Shown here: piece after piece, positions 49,160 through 64,000 of the stretch | How the letters are laid out: every line of letters starts with the position of its first letter | Position numbering within the stretch: the stretch's first letter is position 1 | Assembly: GCF_009914755.1 (NCBI RefSeq) | Contig: NC_060946.1 | DNA from: the human T2T-CHM13v2.0 reference genome, Homo sapiens | Reading direction: 5' to 3' (one strand) | Length of the DNA stretch: 64,000 nucleotides | Translations under genes and position numbers: made by a program | The notes under the pieces: model-generated | Database searches by the model: none | What the model was told of the DNA's origin: nothing | The model's input: the letters and a program-made list of their open reading frames with translations, nothing else

Positions 49160-50900
49160 GGACACTAACGGAGACAGGATGCATAATTCACGAACCCACC
49201 ATGTTGCTGAGGCCCAATCTGCTCATTTTGAACCGGGTCAATTCTATCCCAACAAATAAGGAGGGGCAGGTACAACACAGGTCCATCATTAAGGGGAAAT
49301 GGGATACAGAAGACTGAGCTCACACCGGGCCTGCTGCAAATGCTACTCAACAATAGGCAGCCTCTTGTGGCATCCAATAGAGGATGCATGACTCATATCA
49401 TCCTCAAGCTGCTGGGCTGAGAGAACATTACAAAGAGTAGCTAAAGCAACAACTAAGGTGGGGGTCACTGCAGGGCACCTTCAATGGCTGAACAATGAGG
49501 TTGACTAAAGCCATCTGGACTCTAAATACAAGCACACAGCAGAAGGGAACCAGGCACTGAATCACTTGCTTAGGTATAATGACAATTGGAGCTGCAGGAG
49601 TTGCCAGTCTCATTCTCATGGGAGTCCTATTGCCCACACTCATACTCTGAACTACCCTATATGATAGCTGGACCACTGCCAATTTGGATCTCATGTGAGG
49701 GGATCTGCCTGCTTTGAGTTTCTTGACTTCCAGGAAGGCACTTGCAGGAGGTTGTGGGACAAGGGCATCTCTCTATTGCCTGTTAGCAGTAACCTATAAA
49801 ATAGGCGCAGTCATGGGTTATGTCAAGGTGGTCGCCAACATTGTCCACCCAATGGGCTTCAATGATCGTGGACACAAGGTGTGGGCACTCTCAGCCAGGG
49901 TTGGGTGCCCAGTAAAGTTATGATCCCTGGGCAGAGCCAGAAAGACTAGGCAATACAGGCCAGTCAGGCAACCCCCATATTGATGGTTTAAGAGCATCTG
50001 AGATCCCAAGAGGTCCACAAAGCTGGAAAGAGTGGGAATATTAACCTTTCTTCTCATTTCTACAGTAGCCTTTGGTGTGCCTCACAGGACAACATCCTGA
50101 TAAGAATTAGCACAGCCATGCCAAGAGGAGGCAAATGCATACAATGCTGGCTTTGTCGTCCCAGAATGAAGTCCCCCATGCTCCCATTGTAATGGCTTGG
50201 CCAGTACACAGTGACTTGGATTTTCCTCAAGACAAACAAACTCACTAAATTCCCTAGTCAAGGTGGTGATGGATGACTAAATCATCCTCAGTTATCTGAT
50301 GGTGGAAAAATCTTGGACATTCTGCCTTTTTCTTTCTGAGTTTCTTGATTCACACACACACACACGCACATACACACACTCACGATACTCACTCTTTTTA
50401 TTGCGCTGCTTTCTAGTTGAAAGAAGGGATAACCACATGACCTCTACTTCCCTAACTAGAGAAAGGATCTCCAAGATTAACAGATCTTTGTAAAATTTGT
50501 GAGTGGTTCCAATAATGAAGACTGCCACATGATTCCCCATATGGAGGTTGTAAGGATGGAGGACAAGCCCCATTGCTGCTGGCATGTGGGAAAGAGCATT
50601 GTGGAAATGGAGTGGTGAGATGGTCAGCTGGGAAGAGAGGGCACAGACTGTTCCATCAGTTTTCCACACATTCACAGAAGCAAGGAATATTCATCGCAAT
50701 ATGCCCCAGATCCAGAGTTAGGAGTCGAAGGTAAACAAGTATGAGGAGGTAACAGTATCGCAGGGAGAGGGCACAGCAAGGACAGCCAGGCTTGCTGCAT
50801 CTAAGCTTTTGATACCAGAATTCACAAGAAGTTGTCCAAAGGGACAAAGGGCAACCCCAGGGAATAGCCAGGCTAGTTCATCTGTCTACACTACTGGGAT
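49160..50900 (+). mobile_element. Ancient ERVL-class internal (pol) remnant, preceded by a MaLR LTR end (~49070-49135)
   Basis: 49201+ translates as MLLRPNLLILNRVNSIPTNKEGQVQHRSIIKGKW, resembling the ERVL pol motif MRPELPIMNWV...KVGRAQQHSIIKWKW as recalled. Boundaries approximate. Confidence 0.55.
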
Positions 50901-51158
50901 TATCCATGCTCATACTTTTATGAGATAATTAATATTTAAAACTGACTTGAATTAGCAGTAAGCAATGAGAATAGATGTGTAGCTTGGTTAGTATTTTTCA
51001 GCTCTGCAGTGATAGCACTGTATAAACAAAACATTTTTTTTTTTAGCAGCAGCTCAATAGTGCTGGGGGGATTATGTAGAGAATTGGGAAAGTAAGATTT
51101 GCTCTTAATACCAGGTCTTCTTGGAGACTGGGAAGAGTACTGTTACTCCCCAGCCTTC

Positions 51159-51647
51159 TTAATTTCCATAGAGTACATAAAAAGAACAGAGTTTGAATAT
51201 TTCCTTCTTCAGACTTTAATTCCTATGGCTTAGACTACAGCCAGACCACGTCCTCCTTCTCCAGCTGCAATACAGCTCCTTCTGCAGCTGCAATACCACT
51301 CCAGCTGCAATATGGCGGTTCCTGCTCATAGCCATCCTTGGCCACAGCATGTTTATTTCTCATATGGATGCCATTCCTCATAATACCCACATTTGCACAG
51401 CTCTGAAACAGCTCAAATTCAAAACCAAAGTGGTACACACTAGGGATGGTACAGGTGAATCCTTCACCAGAGAAATGGAAATGGAACTGAGTATTATAAA
51501 GGGCTTCCTTGAAGACAATGGGCTAGAAGGGCACTGGGAGGGGTCCGATCAGTTTCACCACAAATGCAGATCTTGGTGGGGATGAACGTTTTTCAATATC
51601 TCCTTCTACTGCTCTTGGTCTTTGTTCTCCATAGAAACCAGGGATTC
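51159..51647 (-). pseudogene. HP-25-like pseudogene copy D, terminal exon, disrupted, inverted orientation
   Basis: Minus-strand acceptor tctag|GA at 51647. GIPGFYGEQRPRAVEGDIEKRSSPPRSAFVVKLIGPLPVPF*PIVFKEALYNTQFHFHFSGEGFTCTIPSVYHFGFEFELFQSCANVGIMRNGIHMRNKHAVAKDGYEQ...AVLQLEKEDVVWL*SKP*ELKSEEGNIQTLF/YVLYGN*. Confidence 0.92.
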
Positions 51648-51719
51648 CTAGACTCCAAAATAAGCAGAAGGTAGAAATAGTTGACTTTGAAATCATGCAT
51701 TTTATACTCAATGCATTTC

Positions 51720-52025
51720 TCCCTTCACTGCTACTTTCTCTTTTCTAGTCAAGGCTCAACTTAAGCATCTTGTATCCTGGGAAATCTTTTTTTGCCTTTC
51801 CCATATTCGGTAAAACTCTCTCCTCTGCACCCTGGTAATAGCAGCACCTTGTGCTAAGTTTTATCACAGCCCTTAGCATTATGAATTGTAATTTTTCTTT
51901 TTAAACACCTGTTTCCTTGACTAGGCTGTGAGTCTGTGTTTTCTTCAATGTGGTATCTTAAGCACTCTCACAGTGTGTAGCATAGTTGACAGTTTATGTA
52001 TGTTTGCTGAATGAATTATTGAATA
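51720..52025 (+). mobile_element. L2 remnant in the last intron of copy D (antisense to copy D)
   Basis: TCAAGGCTCAACTTAAGCATC...GACTAGGCTGTGAG...CACAGTGTGTAGCATAGT..TGTTTGCTGAATGAAT. Confidence 0.7.
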
Positions 52026-53239
52026 CATTCATAAGATGTTTTTTCAATATTATTTTACACAACTGCCCATAGGGTTTCATTACATAAAATATAGAGTTAA
52101 AGATGAATATTGGGATATGATGATGGAAACAGATACAGTTATGTAAAAAGTACATTCTGCTACAACTAAAAAGAATTTAAACAGCAGTTCCTAAATTTAC
52201 TTATTATTAGAACCATTGACAGAGACAGTAAAAATAAAATCGCATCTTGGCTATTCTCTGGCTTTTCTGAATCAGAATCTCTGGAGCGGTGCGCCCAGGA
52301 ACTAACATGTTTAATGAGGTCCCTGTTTAGCAAAGCCCATAGGTCAGTCTGATGCACAACCAGGTTCAAGAATCCCTGTGTTTGAAATAATGTCATTGGT
52401 TTTCAAAGGGGCTTCGTGGTGAGATCAGATATTTAGAACTAAAAGGAGACCTCAGATTCCTAGTCCATGGTTTCACCCATAATACCACTCTGCCCCCAGA
52501 GTTACAGGTGCTGTTGAAATGTTGGCCAGTGGTGCTGGCAAGGTGAGCACAGACATGAGTGTAACTCTGTGAGTGCCACAACATAATCTACAGGGTTTCT
52601 AGAAGGGTCATGTAGGCATTGGTGAGTGGCCCTTTCAGTGTCCATGTTTCTTTGTCCAAAATACATTACAGGAACTAAAATATTTAAAATCATAAAATTT
52701 AAAATTGAATAGAACCAACCATGGAAACATATTTCTTATGATGTGTTCACTAAGCACATTAATCATAGATTTTCCCTACTAGTGTATCAACACAAACTGA
52801 ATCCTTAAACCTTTTAGAACTGGGCTCTTATATGACTTCAAGCATAATCAGAAATATTTTTCTGAAGATTCTTATATGAAAACTGAACATTAAGCATATC
52901 TAAATATACTTCTTATTTTCCAACCCTGGATTAAGGGTCAAACTAGAAATCTTTTCATTTTCTCTTCTGATTTTAAGAAAACTACTTTAAAAACTAATCT
53001 TAGTATCTATTGTTTATGAAAGGCAAGTGCAGTGACTACATAAAATTTTGTGGAAGAGTTTTACATATCATTAAGAGTATCATCAGTAAAAGGAATTATT
53101 ATTTGCCCTTTTAGAGGTGAGGGAACTGAGACATCCGAAAGGTGTTTTGATGAATATCTCACTTGTGTGTTAACTCAACCCTCAAATCTCCTTGATGCTT
53201 TATTGGAACCACTGCCTATTAAAAGAACTTTCTTCATAA

Positions 53240-53860
53240 TCACCATCCCAGGTGTGAGGTGGCATCTCACTGTGGCTTTGATTTGCATTTCCCAGATGAT
53301 TAGTGATGCTGAGCATTTTTTTCACAAACCTGTTGGCCATTTGTGTGTCTTCGTTTGAGAAATGTCTTTTCAGTTCTTCTCCCCTTAAAAAAAAATCTGG
53401 TTGTTTACTTGCTATTGAATTGTATGAATTTCTTACATAGTTTGGATATAAACCTCTCATCAGATGTACAGTTAACAAATATTTTCTTCCATTCCATGGG
53501 TTGTCTCTTTGCCCTGTTAATTATTTCCTTTACTATGCATAAGCTTTTTAGTTTGATGAAACCCTATTTGTCTATTTTTGCTTTTGTTGCCTGTGCTTTT
53601 GGGGTCATATTCAAAAAATCTTTCCCCAGATTAATGTCAAGAGGCTTTTTCTCTGTTTTCTTCTAGTGGTTTTACGGTTTCAGGTCTTACATTTAAGACC
53701 TTAATTCATTCTGAGCTGATTTTTGTGTATGGGGTGAGATAAGAGTCCAATTACATTCTTCATGTGTGGATAACCAGTTTTCCCAACACCATTTATTGAA
53801 GAAATTGTACTTTCCTCAATGTGTGTTCTTGGTATCTTTGTCGAAGATCAATTAACTAAT
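53240..53860 (-). mobile_element. L1 ORF2 3' fragment
   Basis: GGTGTGAGGTGGCATCTCACTGTGGCTTTGATTTGCATTTCCC...CCCAACACCATTTATTGAAGA. Confidence 0.85.
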
Positions 53861-54397
53861 AAATTAACATTTTGAAGTTGCATTTTAATTTTTCCATTTG
53901 TCCTACTTTTCATTTTATTTGTTTTTATTTTTCACATATAACTTTATTCTGATTCTGTTTATGATGTGTGTGTGTGTATGTGTATGTGTGTGTGTAATAC
54001 TCTGGATGCAATGAGGAAAAAAGAATAAAGAGGGAGAGACTGAGAGAGAAGAGTGTGGGTAGACAAAGGAATGAAAAAAGTATAGTTTAGTTAATTTCTG
54101 GATATTTTAACCTAAATCACTAAGTACAACCCATTTTATTACTTTTTAAAAATATTATAATCAGTGAAAAAGCAAGAGAGTTTAAGGAACGAATGGGCAG
54201 GAAACCATTCAAAGAATATTGAGAAAAGCAAAAAGAGAGACAGTAAAGAAATCAAAGGAAGAAATGATAAAATAGGAACATCACAGCAAATCACATATGA
54301 GTAGAGTGATAAAGAAAGAAGCAGAGATAGATATAAGAAATCAGGAAGATAATCAGAATGCATTAATGTGCTATACAGTGCATTACACATCTGGTTA

Positions 54398-54890
<493 letters not shown>

Positions 54891-55228
54891 TAGATGTCAC
54901 ATTATTAAAACAATATATTATTTAACAAAATATGATAAATTTTATACTGTCTGCATTATTCATGTCATAAATTTTTATACTTACTTTTTATAATTCACAG
55001 TTATTTACATAAAGACTAAAAGAGAATTGGCCCCAATTTGACTTCTTCTGTTTCAAAATCTATGGTATAGCTAAATGAAATATGTTTCTTTGTCCAAAGT
55101 TATGGTGAAATTGTTTCCTGGGGTTGTTATGGGCATAAATTAATTGCAGAAGAAAGTGCTTTGAAAAGAGTTCTAAACAAAGATAAATGGCTTATTTTAT
55201 TGCAATCGTCCTTAACATATAAACTTAC

Positions 55229-55271
55229 CTGAGACTTGCACGGCATGAACTCTTAGTCATTCCTCAGATAT
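55229..55271 (-). pseudogene. HP-like pseudogene copy D, leader exon 1 remnant
   Basis: 43 nt ATATCTGAGGAATGACTAAGAGTTCATGCCGTGCAAGTCTCAG|GTAAGT. The following intron matches copy A intron 1 (AATAAAAT..CCATT, AAAGCACTTTCTT, AACAAC...ACAATT..CCATAA..TGG.CAAA). Confidence 0.7.
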
Positions 55272-56079
55272 CCAGACTTAAGGACAGAAGGTCATTTGCC
55301 AAGTTTTTTTTAGCTGTCATTTTCCTATCCCATCAATTTGATTTTCAAGGTTTAGAGATGGAGAGTTTATTCAATTGATTAAATTTTGGATTTTAGTCTC
55401 TTCTGAGCCTAATGTCTGGGTTATATGAAATATTTTTAGTATAGATATTAAGAGAAGTTGACATTGAATGTTAAGAACTTCTGTCCATCCACTTCTTGCA
55501 GTCTCTACTAAGATTAAGGGTCAAAACTGGGCCTTGGAAGTAGACAAAGTTTGGTTTGTTGCTTCTTCTCTGGCCTCTTCTCAAGCCCCACCCTGCAGGC
55601 CACATTCTTGAGATGCCAGGGACACGGAATGATAGTGCTGGAAGACTCCTAAACTTCCATATTCCAACTGCGTAATCTTACAGAAAGGGGAATAGAGAGC
55701 CAGAGTGAAGGAGTGACTTTTGCCAGACCAGTCAGCATTACACCTAGGTTGATAGAAAGAGTGCTTCTCTTGACTCTCAGCCCAGAGTCTTAACCATCTG
55801 CTATTCCCCAAATCTCTAGACAACTCATTGCTCCGATATTTTAACTACCCTGTCAACACCCTAAAGTTGCCCAAGGTTTTTCAGCTTGCTAAGGGGATAA
55901 TACATTAAAGGAATAAATTAACCAACTATTTATTTTTTAAAATCTGTGTTCAAGCATTTATCAGGAAGTGGTGTAGTATATGTGCCTGTATCAAGTTATT
56001 AGAACCGTCATATCTCAATCAAGATTTAAGTTGGTTACTTTTAGTATAGAAAAATACCCTTCTTTCAAACAGATGCTCT

Positions 56080-59210
<3,131 letters not shown>

Positions 59211-59299
59211 AATGTATATATCTGAGACAGAGTCTCACTCTGCCACCTGGGCTGGAGTGCAGTATCATGATCATAGTTCGCTGCAGCCTCAAACTCCTC

Positions 59300-59519
59300 T
59301 TTTATTAAATTTTTATTTTCAGATATTTAGGGGGCACAAGTACTGATTTCCTACATGCGTATATTGCATAGTGGTGAAGTCTGGGCTGTTAGTGATTCAC
59401 CAGAATTCTTAGAATTTTTAGAATATTCACCAGAATAGTGAATATTGTACCCAGTAGGTGATTTTTCAACCCTCACCTCCCTCCCACCTCCAAACTTTTA
59501 TAGTATATATATACACCGT

Positions 59520-59560
<41 letters not shown>

Positions 59561-60670
59561 GTATCTAAAATACTATACTACATGGAATGTGAGATACATG
59601 TATATAGAACATTGTCTTCATCCAGTCCTCCGTAGATGGACACTTAGGTTAATTCCATACCTTTGCTATTGTGAATAGTGCTGTGATAAACACACTAGTG
59701 CCAGTCTCTTTTTGATATAATGATTTGTTTCCCTTTGGGTATATACCCAGTAGTGGGATTGCTGAATTGAATGATAGACTTTTAGTTCTTTGAAAAATTT
59801 CCATGCTGTTTTCCATAAAGGTCATACTAAGTTATATTCCCACCAACAGTGTATAAATATTCCCTTTTCTCCACATCTTTCCCAACATGTTGTTTTTTGA
59901 CTTTCTGATAATAGCCATTCTGACTGGTGTGAGATGGTATCTCATTATCTCATTGTGGTTTTAATTTGCATTTATCTGATGATCGTGATGTTGAGCATTT
60001 TTTAATATATTTGTCAGCCGCTTGTATGTCTTCTTTTTAAAAATATCTCTTTGTGTCCTTTGCTTACTTTTTAATAGCGCTGTTTGAGGTTTTTTTTTCT
60101 TCTTATGGAGTTGTTTGAGTTCCTTGTAGATTCTAGATATTAGTCCTTTGTTGGATGCATAGTTTGCAAATACTTTTTCCCTGCTGTAGGGTAACTGTTT
60201 ACTTTGTTGATTGTTTATTTTGCTATGCAGAAGATTTTTAGTTTAATTAAGTCCCATTTATCTACTTTAGTCTTTGTTCCATTTGCTTTTGAGAACTTAG
60301 TCATAAATTATTTGCCTAGGCCAATGTTCAGAAGAGATTTTTCTAGCTTTTCTTCTAGAATTTTTATAGTTTCAGGTCTTACATTTAGGTTTTTAATGCA
60401 TCTTGAGTTAATTTTTGTATATGGTGAGAGTTATGAGTCCAGTTTCTTTCTTCTCCATATGGCTATCCAATTTTCCCAGCACTATTTATTGAATAGGGTA
60501 TTATTTCCTTAGCATATATATTTTTTGACTTTGTCAAAGAGCAATTGATTGTAAGTATATGGCTTTACTTCTTGGTTCTCTATTCTGTTCTGTTAATCTA
60601 TGTGTCTAGTTTTATACCAGTACCATGCTGTTTTAGTTACTATAGCCTTGTAGTATAATTTGAAGTCAGC
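59300..60670 (-). mobile_element. L1PB/L1MA 3' portion containing (CA)n ~59521-59557
   Basis: GGGTATATACCCAGTAGTGGGATTGCTG...GTTACTATAGCCTTGTAGTATAATTTGAAGTCAG. Confidence 0.88.
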
Positions 60671-60727
60671 ATATGAATTTTTGGAGGACACATTCAGTCC
60701 ATAGTACGTGCCTGGTACGTGCAGACA

Positions 60728-61029
60728 CTTTTTTTTTTTTCTTTTTTTTTGAGACGGAGTCTCACTCTGTCGCCCAGGCTGGAGGGCAGTGGCACAATCT
60801 CGGCTCACTGCAACCTCTGCCTCCTGGGTTCAAGCAATTCTCTGCTTCAGCCTCCTGAGTAGCTGGGATTACAGGCACCTGCCACCACGCCTGGCTAATT
60901 TTTGTATTTTTAGTAGAGATGGGGTTTCACCATCTTGGCCAGGCTGATCTTGAACTCCTGACTTCGTGATCCACCCACCTCAGCCTCCCAAAGTGCTGGG
61001 TTTACAAGTGTGAGCCACTGCGCCCAGCC
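60728..61029 (-). mobile_element. AluS
   Basis: Full antisense Alu. Confidence 0.93.
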
Positions 61030-61159
61030 GACACTCTTTTAATTGCTAGGAAACGTCAATGAACAAAAGTGACGAAGATTCTTCCCCTTGTAAACTTTCA
61101 TTCCAGCAGGGAGAGACAGATAAATATAGTAAATAAGTAAATTATATAGAACATAAAAT

Positions 61160-62345
<1,186 letters not shown>

Positions 62346-62739
62346 AACATAGAACAGGTAAGGGGTAACTGAAATGGATTGGGCAGACAGCTTGTAATTT
62401 TGAATAGGGTGGTCACAATTATTTTCACTGAGAAAAGGACATTCAAGCCAGAATTTGGAAAGGTATGGGAGACGGTCTGGTCATCATCTGGGAGAGGTAC
62501 TCCAGAAAAAGCAGAGGGATAGGAGGGAATTTGGGAAACAAGAAAAGCCCAGTGTGGCCTGAGTAAAGAAAGAGAGTGGAGGGGGCTGAGGGTCAGAGAA
62601 GTGATAAGGGCCAGATCCTGTTGGGTCTTGTAGGTCATCATCAGAACTTAAGCTTTTACCATGAACGAAATGGAGATCCGCTGAAGCGTTTTGAGCAAGC
62701 AAGTAGCCTGATCCAAGTTACATTTAAAGAATCATTCTG

Positions 62740-63006
<267 letters not shown>

Positions 63007-63948
63007 TCATTCTGGCTGCTGTGCTGAGAAACGTAACAATTGTTATTATATTAAGAGCTTAGGTCTGCTTTGACATGAAGCACTGGGACACTAGAACAGA
63101 GAAAGAGATACTCTCCCCACTCCCAACTTTAGAAACTGGCCCCTAACAGGTGAATATGATCCACCGTTTCTGTACTGTGAGCAGAGTCTGTGCCACATTC
63201 AGCAAGAGTGGCAGGTCTCCTTGACCTCAGTGCTTCCCGGGGTGGACAGACTACGGCCACCTTATCTTTTTACACGAGAACTGTCCTTCCTCTCTCAGGC
63301 ATGAAACCATAGGCCAGCTTGGCCATCTTAATCAAAGGGAACTTGAAGCCATTCATTTCATTCATTTTATTTCAAGAAGACATGAAATTATGTTTTATGC
63401 CAGGCCAATAAAGGATGACACATAATTTCCTTGGGCTTACAATATTTCTGCCTTTGGAAAGGTGTCTGAGAACTAAATAACCTGAAGTTTACTGTCTAGT
63501 ACAGTGCAGATTGACAGTAGCTGCTCAATAAAGCATAGTGCCATTCTTCCTCTTTCTCATTCACCTTGACTTCCCCAAGGTCTTCATTTTCAGAGATGGC
63601 AACTGATACCTAGAAACCCCACGAAGTTCTACAGTGTTTACATCAATCCCTCAAATCTGGTTGAACCCAAGAGCCAGAGACCTGCTGATTTTTCTGGAAA
63701 AATGGCTGTCTTAAAGAAGAACCAAAGGACACAGTGGAAAAGACAGCACCTAAAAGTTAGCATGGATGGAAGGGAAAAGTTCCTGGAAAGCAAGGCATTA
63801 GCAGGAATTAGCTAAGTTCTTGTCCACCCTTTGCTAGTGATGATTCATTTTTGTAGGATAATAATATAATAAGACTTTAAAAAATAAAATTTAAAAAACA
63901 TATCTCTGAAGTTTGACAGGCAAGATAGAACCTAGAAAAATAGAATCT

Positions 63949-63952
<4 letters not shown>

Positions 63953-64000
<48 letters not shown>
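63953..64000. repeat. (TC)n(TG)n microsatellite
   Basis: Seen directly. Confidence 0.95.

Noticed and set aside
52420-52600. Minus-strand AG acceptor plus GIMGE as a possible exon 2 of copy D
   Set aside because: The Gly-containing part resembles a MIR head; there is no signal-like stretch and no matching phase-1 donor.

Overview
This is repeat-dense primate genomic DNA, human-like given its AluY/AluS, L1PA, THE1/MST, MLT and L2 content, with no intact protein-coding gene. Between the repeats lies a cluster of four decayed paralogs (A, B, C on +; D on -) of a secreted short-collagen + C1q-domain gene. By motif they resemble the mammalian hibernation-associated plasma proteins HP-25/HP-27/HP-20 (comparison from memory, not a database search). 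Each copy keeps a ~450-490 bp terminal exon (longer in B) behind a phase-1 acceptor site: Gly-X-Y...GDIE(K/I/Q)C...SAFxVKL...FKEALYN...GHF...TGxF...PGxYHFGF...LMxNG...GDxVWL...FxGYLLY. Three copies keep a 43-nt leader exon with homologous promoter and intron flanks. One keeps a clear signal-peptide/collagen exon. All four share an antisense L2 remnant in the last intron, so they are genomic duplicates rather than retrocopies. The visible terminal-exon lesions are copy-specific. Copy B contains an 8-unit ~40 bp minisatellite derived from C1q coding sequence. All other ORFs in the track that I examined are transposon-derived or spurious.
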